DNA of 63,854 nucleotides, filler included, from Octopus bimaculoides (GCF_001194135.2; 7 parts of 7 records of this genome joined end to end with filler, not necessarily neighbours in it), one strand, 5' to 3'. Counted from the first letter of the whole stretch, positions 37,565 to 50,975 are shown. Notes: generated by a model from the letters alone, not told the origin. Made by a program: numbers and translations.

Positions 37565-37779
37565 NNNNNNNNNNGCGCGTGTGTGCGTGTGTGTGTGTGT
37601 GTGTGTGTGCGTGTGCGTGTGTGTGCTTGTGTGTGTGTGTGAGTATGTAAGTATACTATGAATAAGCCAAAAGATACGAATACAGAGGTATATATCTTTC
37701 GTAAGTCGATGACTTACGTAACTCAATGACTACCTAAAAGAAAATTGATTTTCTCCCTTCATGATGGCTAGTGTGTGTG

Positions 37780-37811
<32 letters not shown>

Positions 37812-38143
37812 ATTATGTATGGTCGTTTCAAGGAAATGAAAGTGTCAATGAATAATGAGTTCTCTCACAAATCATCTTGGACACAGTTAAGCTATAATCA
37901 TCATTAATAGGCGAACTATTGAGAGAATGCAGAAATAACAGCGATTTTTAATATACTTCTTGCATTATATCTATACACGGCAGAAATAGCACATAGCATG
38001 TTATTCACCTTAGATCGAGATCGTAACTCCCAATTCGTGTAATCAATGAGGTAGGTAAAAGAAATGTACTTTGTATTCATGACTCATTTGGATTACAAAC
38101 TTTACCAATGCAGGAACTAGAGTTTATATATTCGTATATTATT

Positions 38144-38174
<31 letters not shown>

Positions 38175-38221
38175 CATATATACATACATACGTGCGTACG
38201 TACGTACGTACATACATACAT

Positions 38222-38411
38222 AACAGCTGCTCAGTGGATGTTAATATAAATCTGATAATCAGTGAAAAAGAGAATACCTACGCCGAACTATTGAGATCTC
38301 TGAAGTTACTCTACTCAGATTACAAGTTCAGGTTTATACCTGTAATTATTGGGGTACTAGGACATGTAACACCTTGCCTAAATACCAATCTTGAGAAATT
38401 AGGCTTTTCAA
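38222..38411 (+). mobile_element. R4/Dong-like endonuclease fragment embedded in (CATA)n
   Basis: SCSVDVNINLIISEKENTYAELLRSLKLLYSDYKFRFIPVIIGVLG..NLEKLGFS, homologous to 40950-41230. Confidence 0.8.
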
Positions 38412-38446
38412 AACCATACATACATACATATATTCAAATATACATC

Positions 38447-38762
38447 GCTGTTGATGTTGAAATTCCAATAAAGAAGCCTTGGATCTAGGTTAGAAACCCG
38501 TTCTTTCTCTATTGGTAAGAAATCTTGAAATAAAATGAATAATGATATACATTCATACATACATACATACATACATACATACATACATACATACATACAT
38601 ACATACATGCATACATACATACATACATACATACATACATGCATACATACATACTCTGCTCCGTTGTTGAAATTCCAATGAAGTTGCGTGGGATCTATGT
38701 TAGAAACCGGCCCTTTACCTATTGGCAAGAAATCTTAAATAAAACTGAATAATGACATATAT
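38447..38762 (+). mobile_element. Two 5'-truncated 3'-UTR copies of the R4/Dong-like element, separated by (CATA)n
   Basis: 38447-38552 and 38658-38762 are about 105-bp direct repeats ending ..gaataatga(t/c)ata; homologous to 40860-40930 (minus). Confidence 0.6.
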
Positions 38763-39059
38763 ACATATTATTGTGTGTGTGTGTGTGTGTGTGTATGTGT
38801 CTGTGTGCATGTGGGTATGTGTCGCACGTGTGTGCGTGAGTGAGTTAGTGTGTGTATGTATGCGTATGTGCGTTTTATCACGTCACCTCGACGTGTGGAT
38901 GTCCAACAACCATTTGTTTTAGTTCTGATGTCAATGTCTCCTATGAAACTGTAATCCAATCAATATTTACGGACAATCCACAGATTGAACATAAAAAAAA
39001 ATCTGTTATACAAAGCAGCCGGTATATTAGATCGAGACTGTGTATTTGCTTTCGATTTT

Positions 39060-39870
39060 TTAAGGTGATTCAGAGGGCTTAGTCGATAACTTTTCTATGG
39101 CTTTATAGCATGTTAACCTCTCTTCATTGCGATTCAATGCAGGCTTTTCGAATGTCTCAGAGAGAATTCAGATTAGATGTGAGCAATTCTCTGTATGTCA
39201 ATTACAGTTTTGATGAATTCACCTTTGTTGGGATTGCGGAACAAACGATTCAGTTTTAGCAATTCATCATTTAGCGGACAGATTTACTACTGGAAAATCT
39301 GACTTCCATCTTCATACGAAATGACCCGAAGACATCAGTTATTAAATACATCATACTAGTTGATATGAGATCGATAGGGCCTCCCAATCTCCGATCCTCA
39401 CATGAGAGTAGAAAGGTGCATAGCTTTGTAGACACTGATTTTTTGCTAATAAGATTCCCTGTTCATCGGACAGATGACGAAGCTTGAAGTAACTATTTGA
39501 CACTTTGGCTATACAGTTGAGTGTCTCATCAGGAGGAACTTGAATTTACTCTGCGCCCCAAATATGTGGTCTTTACTTATGTTAGGTTTTCCAGGTTTTC
39601 CTCATCGATAATAATGGGTGTGGTAGGGAACTATTGAACTGGTTGTTGTTTTATACCTATGATTTCCATGCAAATGTGCCAGGGATGGTGGATAACTTCG
39701 GTAATCTATTAAGGATGATACGACCGAAGGCTATACCCGCATTAGAGAAAGGATTAAGAAATCTTGCTTCTCTAACAGGCGTTACAAGTGCACCATCATT
39801 AGTGAATGAGAAGTCCCATGTCATTGGCATTCGGACAAGTGTTTTGGCTGTAAAGTGCAGGTGATTGAAA
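39060..39870 (-). mobile_element. RTE-clade LINE reverse transcriptase fragment, decayed
   Basis: SFTNDGAL (FADD region)..TYLGA..CIAKVS..KISVYKAM.LSTLM*GSE..CLRVI. Confidence 0.72.
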
Positions 39871-40859
39871 AAGAAACCACTAGTACGGAATTGGACCCAT
39901 TAATCCAGACCACCGTAAGCATGGGGCGGAATGTGACAGAAAAGAGCCCCATCCCATCACCAAATGATAAAAAAAAAGAGAAAGAAATATCCTGATACAA
40001 TCTTCCTTTGTATCGTTCGAAAACGTCAAGTGTCAGAAAGTTGGCCGTCTGATAAAATAAGTGCTTTCATCGCTGCATGGAAGGAAATGATGGCGTTAGC
40101 CTTTCATAAGGCATAATTTATTTGTTTGACAACTATTCAGAGAGCATTTTATTGCTGACAGTGCCGAAAGCTTTGGACAAATCTATATATATAAAAAAGA
40201 AATATGTACAATTCATGATTTTTCCCACCAAATTTCTCAGCAAATTGACGAAGTGAAAGAATTACGTCCATTAAAATGCGACTTGATCTCAAGCTGTAAA
40301 GCAACTGTGAATAGCTGTCAGCGATANNNNNNNNNNNNNNNNNNNNNNNNNNNNNNNNNNNNNNNNNNNNNNNNNNNNNNNNNNNNNNNNNNNNNNNNNN
40401 NNNNNNNNNNNNNNNNNNNNNNNNNNNNNNNNNNNNNNNNNNNNNNNNNNNNNNNNNNNNNNNNNNNNNNNNNNNNNNNNNNNNNNNNNNNNNNNNNNNN
40501 NNNNNNNNNNNNNNNNNNNNNNNNNNNNNNNNNNNNNNNNNNNNNNNNNNNNNNNNNNNNNNNNNNNNNNNNNNNNNNNNNNNNNNNNNNNNNNNNNNNN
40601 NNNNNNNNNNNNNNNNNNNNNNNNNNNNNNNNNNNNNNNNNNNNNNNNNNNNNNNNNNNNNNNNNNNNNNNNNNNNNNNNNNNNNNNNNNNNNNNNNNNN
40701 NNNNNNNNNNNNNNNNNNNNNNNNNNNNNNNNNAATACATTCACTGAGTAGGTCCTATTGACTTTTAATGTTTTGTTCTTGTTTTTATTATCGATTGGCC
40801 TATAATTGTGTGTATATGTGTGTGTATATTTATTTATATTATATGTCTCTTCTATTGTT

Positions 40860-41760
40860 TAATTATTATAAATCTTCCACTGAGGAAGGAGCTAGTTTCC
40901 AACAAAGATACAAGGCTCCATTTAGGAGATGTAGTTAACAGAGACAAATTCATATTTGGAAGTTGAGAAAAGTTTTGCATATTTTTACTGTTCCACTCAC
41001 AGATTGCACTTGTAATGTATGAATTAGCTGGTCCATTTTTCTTTCTGAAAATCCCAGTTTATCCAGATTCTCCTTTAAGCATTTACTAACAAAATCTAGT
41101 GCTCCAATTATTATTGGTATGAATATGAAGAAGCCGGAGCGTTTCAAAGCAGTTGTCTATAGATATCCTCTGTTTCTTTGATTTTCAAAGAGGTATTTAT
41201 ATCTGCAGGGCAGCTGACCTCTATGACAGTACATACTTTTACCCCTCAGTCCCAAACAACATTATCCAGCCTGCTATGTTTACATTCGACAGAAGTTTTG
41301 ATGGGAATATTCCACCAGTATTCCTTGAGTTGGAGTTTATGAATGTATTCCATAAACAGTGGGATTTTCTAAGTTTATTTCAGGACAGTCTTTTTTGCGG
41401 TTGGTATTATAAATTGTTTTAGCGACAACATCGTGCCGCATAGGAAAGTAGCACCTTGACGACATTTTAGGACAGCTGCTAATTACATGCGTGATGTTTT
41501 CCACAGAAACATGACATAACCTACACATTTGGTTGCACCTTGGGATTACAAGAACGTCACTATCTCTCTTGTTCATGAGGTACTTTGTGGTAATCTTCTG
41601 TTCCTGGATTACAAATGCATAACCTGCAAAGAGCGATGTGAGGTAGTGGTATTATGCCAATTCTACTGTCACATTCAAGCTTCAGGCAACATACCCATGC
41701 ATAGTCTCTATTTTTGTATTCTGAGTGCTTTCCATCCAGGTCTTCTCAGGACACTCACGC
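40860..41760 (-). mobile_element. R4/Dong-like LINE 3' end: CCHC knuckle, restriction-like endonuclease, 3' UTR
   Basis: CRLCHVSVENITHVISSCP..RHDVVAK..IEVSCPAD..FIPIIIGALDFVSKCLKENLDKLGFS..CKTFLNFQI. Confidence 0.88.
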
Positions 41761-41787
41761 AATATATGGTATAATATATATGGAATC

Positions 41788-41823
<36 letters not shown>

Positions 41824-43474
41824 NNNNNNNNNNNNNNNNNNNNNNNNNNNNNNNNNNNNNNNNNNNNNNNNNNNNNNNNNNNNNNNNNNNNNNNNNNNNN
41901 NNNNNNNNNNNNNNNNNNNNNNNNNNNNNNNNNNNNNNNNNNNNNNNNNNNNNNNNNNNNNNNNNNNNNNNNNNNNNNNNNNNNNNNNNNNNNNNNNNNN
42001 NNNNNNNNNNNNNNNNNNNNNNNNNNNNNNNNNNNNNNNNNNNNNNNNNNNNNNNNNNNNNNNNNNNNNNNNNNNNNNNNNNNNNNNNNNNNNNNNNNNN
42101 NNNNNNNNNNNNNNNNNNNNNNNNNNNNNNNNNNNNNNNNNNNNNNNNNNNNNNNNNNNNNNNNNNNNNNNNNNNNNNNNNNNNNNNNNNNNNNNNNNNN
42201 NNNNNNNNNNNNNNNNNNNNNNNNNNNNNNNNNNNNNNNNNNNNNNNNNNNNNNNNNNNNNNNNNNNNNNNNNNNNNNNNNNNNNNNNNNNNNNNNNNNN
42301 NNNNNNNNNNNNNNNNNNNNNNNNNNNNNNNNNNNNNNNNNNNNNNNNNNNNNNNNNNNNNNNNNNNNNNNNNNNNNNNNNNNNNNNNNNNNNNNNNNNN
42401 NNNNNNNNNNNNNNNNNNNNNNNNNNNNNGTTGAAATAAAACGAACTATTTTCTTAATCTTAAAAATACGGCTAAGGTTTCCTCAAAAACACAATGAAGA
42501 AAATGTATCGTTTTAAAGTCTTCATTAAAGCAAATATTTACTAATATTGCTTAAGAATAGAGCATGATGCGGAACGAAATAGATTTTAAAATAAATTTGA
42601 AGTTAAAAAGAATTCTAAATGTTTTAAAAAATTATTCTAGATATAAAGAGGAGAAAAAATAACACTCAAGATAATACTTTTTTTTCCGAAAAATCTCTTT
42701 AATAAATAAAAAGCAGTTTTAGATTCTTCGAAAGAAAAACAAATATTTTGCAAAAATTTGGATGAAAAACAATCGTCATTAAATTCACTAAAACTGGATA
42801 TAAATAAAACTGATGAAAAACATTTCTAAAGTTTGCGAGGAAGAACATTACCTTTAATGATATTTTTGATAAAATATTTGTTTGGTGGATGATTCTCTAA
42901 TGAGATAATGCACACACACATATCCGAAAATTTACTGCTGCAACACAGTCAAGCATTTTCGACATCTTCCACTCAGTTTAACAAATACTCTTTAACTAAA
43001 AAATCTGCTCATTCGCACCGTCTCTTCTTGTGTCCACTGTAACGACAGATTCTGTCCTTGTACGCTGCTTATCACCTCTGTCCCGACGCCACAAATACCG
43101 TCGCTTCTATCCTTGATAATTTCTATTGTGTTTCGTCCCCTAATGCTGCGTTAAACACTTACTTATATCATCCATTAAAGAATACAATCGATTATAAGTA
43201 CTCCCTCCATTTTCACATAGGCGTCAGTCTACAGATTTACAAATCGAACATAGGCCGCAATGACCTTTGCATTGCTTGCGTGAGTATGTAGATGCAATAG
43301 GACCAAAGAGTCTCTTCTTTTTATTAAATAAAGAATCAATCCATGTAAACTATGCCATAACTGTTATGATCTTTGACTTTCTGATGAATCAAGGAAGATG
43401 AAAACTGATGTATTTATACACATACATAATCCATCCATCCATCCATCCATCCATCCATCCATACATACATACAA

Positions 43475-43510
<36 letters not shown>

Positions 43511-43608
43511 ACACACATATATATATGTATATGTATATGTATTTGTACATACAAACACACAGACACACATACACACACATACACATCTATGTGCATACAT
43601 GTAGTCAT

Positions 43609-43640
<32 letters not shown>

Positions 43641-43765
43641 GTATGTATGTATATATATATATATANNNNNNNNNNNNNNNNNNNNNNNNNNNNNNNNNNN
43701 NNNNNNNNNTTAATTAATTAANNNNNNNNNNNNNNNNNNNNNNNNNNNNNNNNNNNNNNNNNNNN

Positions 43766-43870
43766 TTATTATTAATACTATCATTATTATTGTTATTATT
43801 ATTACTATTATTACTTGTTAGGGTAATTTTATTCTTGCTATTATTATTTACACATCCATTGTTGTTGTTG

Positions 43871-43944
<74 letters not shown>

Positions 43945-44024
43945 GTTGCTGTTGTTGTTGCTGTTGTTATTGTTATTATTATTATTGTTATCACCAATCA
44001 CACCATTTCTATTATTATTATTAC

Positions 44025-44061
<37 letters not shown>

Positions 44062-44085
44062 GTTATTATTATTATTATTATTTAT
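43766..44085. repeat. Long imperfect (ATT)n/(GTT)n tract
   Basis: Direct reading; source of the poly-Asn and poly-Leu pseudo-ORFs. Confidence 0.9.
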
Positions 44086-44099
44086 GTTTGTATTACTTC

Positions 44100-44400
44100 T
44101 GTTATTTTTTCTACTTAGATAGGTGTCCAGTTTTCTATTGTCAATTGAGGAGATGATGGCAGCTAGGTTATTTGCTAGACTATATCCTATTCTTATTGTT
44201 TTGTCATTGATTATCTCCTAATATTTGGTTTTTTTCCATTTGTAAAATGTTAAACTAAAAATTGTTTTTACTATGTTATTCTTGATTTGCATAGCGAAAA
44301 GGATTATTAGCCATATAGTATCTATTTCATTATTTCCCTTATTAGGGTTACTTATATTATGTGTAAAGTATTTGTTATTATTCTTATTTTATTTTTATAT
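44100..44400 (-). mobile_element. PLE linker fragment next to a long (AAT)n
   Basis: IKNNIVKTIFSL..IINDKTIRIGYSLANNLAAIISSIDNRKL, homologous to 47230-47410. Confidence 0.55.
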
Positions 44401-44432
44401 TTAATAATACTATTTTTGTTATAATTTTTACT

Positions 44433-44840
44433 ATACTCTTTTACTCTTTTACTCTTTTACTTGTTTCAGTCATTTGACTGCGGCCATGCTGGAGTACCGC
44501 CTTTAGTCGAGCAAATCGACCCCAGAACTTATTCTTTGTGAGCCTAGTACTTATTCTATCGGTCTTTTTTGCCGAACCGCTAAGTTACGGGGACATAAAC
44601 ACACCAGCATCGGTTGTCAAGCGATGTTGGGGGACAAACACAGACACACAAACATATATTTATATATACATATATACGACGGGTTTATTTCAGTTTCCGT
44701 CTACCAAATCCACTCACAAGGCTTTGTTCGGCCCGAGGCTATAGTAGAAGACACTTGCCCAAGGTGCCAAGCAGTGGTACTGAACCCGGAACCATGTGGT
44801 TGGTAAGCAAGCTACACACCACACAGCCACTCCTGCGCCT
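44433..44840 (-). mobile_element. SINE family B, full length, (AAAGAGTA)n-like tail
   Basis: Reverse complement of the 6165 element. Confidence 0.88.
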
Positions 44841-46649
44841 ATAATGCAAATTCATGATTGAATTAAATTAAATTAAATTAAATTAATTAAATATATCAAT
44901 GTACTCTTCAGTGCAGGAAGTAGAAAAAATACATTGAACTTGAGAAGGAAAATGTCAGAAAAATTGAATCTAGGAGATTCATATTTTTATCCTTGTGAGA
45001 AAGAGATTTGAGTCATGTTTGGATATTTAATCATAACTAAGGGCTATAACGGTTATTTGAAGACAAGTAAAGAGACATTCCCTCTATAGATGAGTATGGA
45101 AATTAGAAATTTTAACTCCAAATAAGTAGCATAGGGCAAAATATATATATGAAATGTCCAAAGGAAAGACACTCCTAGGTTTGACTTAAAATAGGGACTG
45201 ACCGTTGAAATCATTACGTAGTGTGATGTATTTTTTTTTTAATGTTCAATACATGAGAATGAAGTTTATCGTGAGGAGATGGTATATAAAGAGCTAGTAC
45301 TAGATAGTTAACGTAAACAAATGGTAGGAGAAAGAGAGATGTAAAAAGGGTTAAAGATAGAATACGCTGCATAAAAGGAACTTATGTTTGCATAAAAACT
45401 AATATTCGTTAGTATGTATTAAATATGATGCAGAAAATAAGTAATGACAGAAAGATAGTTGTTAATATTACAAATAAAATATTATATGCTTGGTGTGACT
45501 ATAAAGATGGAAAAAGTGAAAATGAAATATGGAAATAAAGATAGGAATACGAAAATATAAATAAATGTAGGGGAGGTAAATGAGGTGGGAAGGAGAAGAG
45601 TAAATAAATAAAAGAAGTTTATTTTATAGAAGTATTGATGTGTTTTGGTATAAATAAATATTTATTTCAAAGGTAATAATCTAGCTTAGTGTTATGTGAG
45701 AAAGATATGTAATGGTAGTAGGATCGTAGTGGTATTCAAGTTATAAGGATGTAATGTCAGTTATGAATATAAAAAAAGAGACGAGTAGGAGGGTGCACAT
45801 AAGTAAACAAAAAATTATACATAATATAGGAGAAAAATAATCTAATATGAAGAAGGGTGTGTGTGTATATATACTCATGTGTGTGTAGATGCATATTTGC
45901 ACATTAGTATATATAGATACTGGAATTCGTGTTGTGCGATTAGGGTATACATATAAAAGAAAACATCGTACAAATATACACATACCGGTGCAAAGAGAGA
46001 AGAGGTACTCATATATAGATATAAATACACATACATGTTAAGTGGTATATATATATATGTATGCGAAACATACATATATACGCAGATACACACGTTCATA
46101 TTAATATACATGTTAGTACTTACATATTTATAAGAAAACAAACACAGATCAATAGATATAACATAGGTAACACATAAGATCCATACCTGGGTATGCACAT
46201 ATGGGTGTAGACATGTAGGACATCAAGAAGTACTATATATGCATACATGTGTGCATATATCAGCAGAAAAATATATGTAATTATAAGGTATAGTGGCAAG
46301 TAATATAAACCAGTAACAGTTAGAATGGGTATGATGAGGGGAGGGGAATGCAAAAGAAAAGTGGGGGGAGTGCATGGACACTATTTTTCATATAAAATAC
46401 AAAACATTATTGGTCTATTACATACTAAGGAAAGATATAATTTCTTTTATCCAAACATATGGCAAGAGAAAAAAAGGTGTAGGGAGAGATAAAGTGATAG
46501 CCCTATATATGATGGGTCATGCAAATGTTAGAAGGAACTGTAAAATGAAAAAATGCACAAATATAGTGATGTAAAGAGGGGGTGTGATGAGTCATTGTAT
46601 TCCATAGAAAAGGGTAATACATAGATATATTAAAAAAACAAACTAAGCA

Positions 46650-47420
46650 AGAGGAGAGTGAAGAAGTATTTAAGATTGGTGAATAGGAATTTGGTCATGT
46701 GCTTACATGAGTAAACTTTTTTATCCTTAGTATTAACCAAATTTCTATGCATTCTCATTATGTTATAGCTTTCCTCCAATCACAACCTACAAATTTTATT
46801 ATTCTGTAAGAGGTGGCAGAAGATAGAACTTTCCAAGAGATAGAGAAATTAATACTGTTTCTTTTGAGGTGCCAAATATTTTTAGATAGACCTGTACTAT
46901 TCTCTTTTCGATGGTCCCTAAAAAAGATTTGTGGTTATAAATTCCCGATTTAACCGAGTTTTTTGTTCAATCCACGTATATGTATCTAGAGGAGTCCTGA
47001 GTAATGATAGTTTCTTGGTATACAACTTCTTTCATTTTACAATTTCTCTCTACTTCACAGGCATTTGGATTAGTGGGTGGTGTGGTGGTGTTATGTCTAT
47101 ATTGTTTTGGAATAATGGAGTAATGGTTATTAGCAGCATTGTAGTTGTTAATTGTATGACTATTGGAGGTACTAGGTATAGTTATGGTAGTTATTTTTTT
47201 TATTATTATAGAATAGATCCAGTTTCTTATTGTTAAAAGAAGAAATTATCCTAAAGAGATTTGGAAAAACTGAAAATTCAAATCTAATTTTTTTATTATC
47301 ATTAAGTATTTTAGCATATTTAGAATTTTTGAAGTTTTTATTAATTATCATTCAAATAGATCTGATAAATTTAGATTTTAAATGTTTGGCAAAAGGGATT
47401 ATAATTCAAGTAGTATTATT
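46650..47420 (-). mobile_element. Decayed PLE linker plus GIY-YIG
   Basis: IINKNFKNSKYAKILN..FPNLFRIISSFNNKKL; VVYQETI..YNHKSF..STGLSKNIWHLK..FSISWKVLSSATSY. Confidence 0.72.
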
Positions 47421-47899
47421 GCAGTTTGCTTTATTGGAAGGTTGGGTTGTGTTGGNNNNNNNNNNNNNNNNNNNNNNGGGGTCAGCTCTTCTCACACAAG
47501 GTATTGGTTTCTTTTTTGCTATTCTATTCCCATCCTTATTAATTTGAGTTCTATGGTTATGTATATTATTGAAGGAATTTGGTGTGTTAGATTATTGTTA
47601 TTTTTTCTGTTTATTGGCTTAATGTTCCTATTTTTATCTTTAATTATACAGTTATGGTGTTTATTGTCAGTATTCTTAGGGTTATTAATATAAGTGTGGT
47701 TAGTAAGGTGGAAATTACTAAAATTTATTTTATTTTTCCGTTAGTAAAATTTAGGTTGTGGTGCTCGTATTGGTTGGGTTTATTAGTACGTTTACTTGTA
47801 AGGAGTACATTAAGGATATAATAGCTATATTTTATGGTCTCTCCAGAAGACTGAGATGGAAGGCTTTATTCTTTGACAAAGAAAATAGTACAGAAGGAA

Positions 47900-49500
47900 A
47901 ATTACACATAAAACAAACGAAAAACTCATGAAAATTAGAAGCAATTTTAAATCCCGGAAACTCCCGCCAGGAAAACGTATCTTAGACAATTTTGAAGACG
48001 ACCTACGGAATCTACTTAGAAATATTAAGTTTAAGAAAAACATTCTCAGAAATAAACACCTACGTAATTTGAAAAATAAAGTTAATGAACTTAGAAAATT
48101 GAACTTAGAAAATCTATCAATATAAAAGCCAAAGAAATAATGAATGAATACCGAATTCACGACGTAACTGAAGTGTATGAACCATCTAGACCTAGAATTA
48201 GCTTAAAAGACTACAAACCTAACTTTCACACTGATCCAAAGGTAAGGTTTATCTGCCCTTATAAACCTGACATCGAAAAACTAAGCAAAATTATCATAGA
48301 CAAATACCTACAATTACTTAAATCCAAAATAAAACTCCACCTGTTGTCAAAAACACGAGATGCAATTAACTGGTTAGATACGTGTATAAAGATGTTGGGA
48401 ATAGATACTGAAAGCGAAATAGTGGCAGTGAGGAAATGAGTAAAACCAAGAGCTTACGTTATAGAATACGGGAAGTCATATGGTTTGCCCCCATCCCCAT
48501 TTTCTCTTAGAGTAAGAAATTTCCCCAAGTTGTTTTTTCAGATTCTAAAGGAGAATTTCCCAACGAATCATAAATACTACAGCATCTGTAATAAAACCTC
48601 CATCAAATTTCCTTACTCGGCAATGCTGATTTTGGGCTCCATTTGCATCTATTAATAGGAGGAAATTAAATGAGCAAGTGCACTGGAAGTATTCCTCTGT
48701 TGGAAACCCTAGTATTGGGCAGGCAAGCGCTAATAAGCCTAAGGTTAGTGCTACAAACCATTTACTCCCACAGTCTTATTGGCCACCTGTAATGAGATAT
48801 CTGAACGAAAGAACGCAAGAAGCCAGATAAGTAATGTTAGTATTAGTAATAGGGCTATGGGTGGTTCTAATAAATCCTGTAATTGTAGAAATTATTATGT
48901 CCCCTTGACAGATTCTGTCTGACTACTAATGTTATATATAACTACGTTGTTAAAGAAGGGGGCGTAATTTGGATAGGCAGTACTATCAATTTTAAGGCTA
49001 GGTATAGGGCCCACATGAATTCGTTTTCGGACGAAAAATATTGTAACTCCACTACACTTGCCTCTTATATACATGGTTTAAAGAGGAATAAAAAGTTATT
49101 CTCTTGAATGGTCTATTATATCGAATGGTCCGTTATTTTAGAGTTAATATTAACGAGTGTAAGTTGTGTGTAAGGGATTCTCTTGCCATCCTTAAATCTT
49201 TTGGGCCTAAAACATTAAATAAATTTACAGAGCTGATCCCTTTTTGCAGTCATAAGTTTTCTTCTACTTTTCTGAAAGTATATAGAAGTAGAATAAGATG
49301 TGGTAAATAATATTTAGTTTTACGGGATTTTGAAACCGGATAGTAAAAATTCCTATTATTAGCTGATCCTGTGATGGATTACTATTTTCAAATTAGCCAT
49401 GTGGCGTTGTGAACGAACAATTTCTTGAGATTCCTATTCATCCTGATGAGGGGGTCATTGCCGAAATGCGGCAATGAACTCCCGAAATGGCCATAGATAT
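47900..49500 (+). mobile_element. Internally deleted PLE: RT N-terminus, linker, GIY-YIG, and pLTR with hammerhead
   Basis: ISLKDYKPNFHTDPKVRFICPYKPDIEKLSKIIID; PFSLRVRNFPKLFFQILKENFPTNHKYYSICNK; CNCRN..CLTTNVIY..WIGSTINFKARYRAH..CKLC..LNKFTELIPFCSHK. Confidence 0.82.
49440..49498 (+). ncRNA. Type I hammerhead ribozyme with a long stem II, in the 3' pseudo-LTR of a PLE
   Basis: ATC-CTGATGA-GGGGG TCATTGCCG AAATG CGGCAATGA A CTCCC-GAAA-TGGCCA-TA/GAT; palindromic stem III, AUA site. Confidence 0.75.
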
Positions 49501-49989
49501 GTTTGACTTGATTTTGTGAAACTCTTTTTGCTCCTGGTCTCCAATCTACCATGGTTTTTATGAATTGAACTTTTTTGACATATGTTTTTGTTTGAGGGAA
49601 GTAAAAAATTTTTTTGTCGATTGATATTTTATTTTATTTAGATTTGTAGTCGCATGACACGCTTTAGAATTTTTAGTCGATTGTATATACCTTCTTGATA
49701 GGCCGTTCTATATATCGGTATTTTTATTCGCATATAAATTTTTTACCTCCTGTGTTTTTTATATATGTATACTTTATATGTTTAAAGGCCATGGTAATAT
49801 TTATATATGATCAAATGTTTGGAGGCGTGGTATTATATATAAAGTCGTTGACTCGAATTTGATATTTGTTCTCTGATCAATGTTTTTTATCTCTGTCTCA
49901 ATTACATTTGAGCACTTCTATTTTGCAGTCATATAAACCCTTTGGTCTCTATAAAAAGAGCCAAAAATGATTTCTTGTATGTATGTCTG

Positions 49990-50034
<45 letters not shown>

Positions 50035-50666
50035 GAGAGAGAGATTACAGTCTCGAGCTTGAATCTAGCGCTTTCACTTGTTCTCAGTCTTCTCAAGATT
50101 TCATTGCGTAATGTTTATAAAGTTATTGTTATGTACCGTTATTGTTTAGGTATCTTTAAACAGAACAACTGTACGTTTAGTTTCGGGGAAAATGTATTTA
50201 AAAACAGGTTTTTCCATTTCTTACTGGTATTGTGGTTTAGATGTAAATTGAGGGGAAATTTAGTTGTTATTCATAGCAGGTTCATTGGCCACAAAAAGAG
50301 ACCTTGTCTTTTTGTATGTTTACTCATTTTTTTTTTTGCTTTTAAAGGAGAATTATTTCTAAATCGCAATGCTTAGCCTTTATAACCACAATAACAGCAT
50401 ACCTCTTCATTTCTTGAGTAAGCTGGGGGTCTGTCATTATTATTTTCTGAAACAAAGATTATAGAGTGAACAGAAAATGCAGCAATGACTGAAAAAAAAG
50501 GTATGTCCTCAAATACCTTTCGCATACTGTATACACGTCCACCNNNNNNNNNNNNNNNNNNNNNNNNNNNNNNNNNNNNNNNNNNNNNNNNNNNNNNNNN
50601 NNNNNNNNNNNNNNNNNNNNNNNNNNNNNNNNNNNNNNNNNNNNNNNNNNNNNNNNNNNNNNNNNN

Positions 50667-50697
<31 letters not shown>

Positions 50698-50721
50698 ATT
50701 ATAAGTTAGTAGTGTCAATAC

Positions 50722-50975
50722 TTAGTAGAGGTCGACACTTTTGAGAGAGCACGTAAACTGCGGGAATAATTTAAGCGTGCTGCTCGAAAGCGCACGGATG
50801 GTGTGGTGAGTGGGGAAAGCTTGGTTTGCGATGTTTGCAGTCGTGTATGCTTGTCAAGAGCAGGGCTCATTAGCCACCAACGGAGCTGCAAATGCAAAAT
50901 ATAAGTCCTAGAGCCCACAATGTTCCTGGAGGTCAGCAATAGTCTTCCTCGGTCACGACTGGATGGCCATCATAT
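50722..50975 (+). mobile_element. RTE LINE 3' end
   Basis: FERAR..KRAARK..LVCDVCSRVCLSRAGLISHQRSC, then 3' UTR running into (TATG)n. Confidence 0.7.

Noticed and set aside
39490-39540. Hammerhead-like CTGATGA-GACAC..GTGTC on the minus strand
   Set aside because: G12 and stem I are missing, and it reads as RTE coding sequence (PPDETLNCIAKVS).
46931-47830. Mitochondrial insert (numt) suggested by hydrophobic AT-rich ORFs
   Set aside because: The opposite strand gives PLE linker and GIY-YIG motifs; no mitochondrial protein motif was seen.
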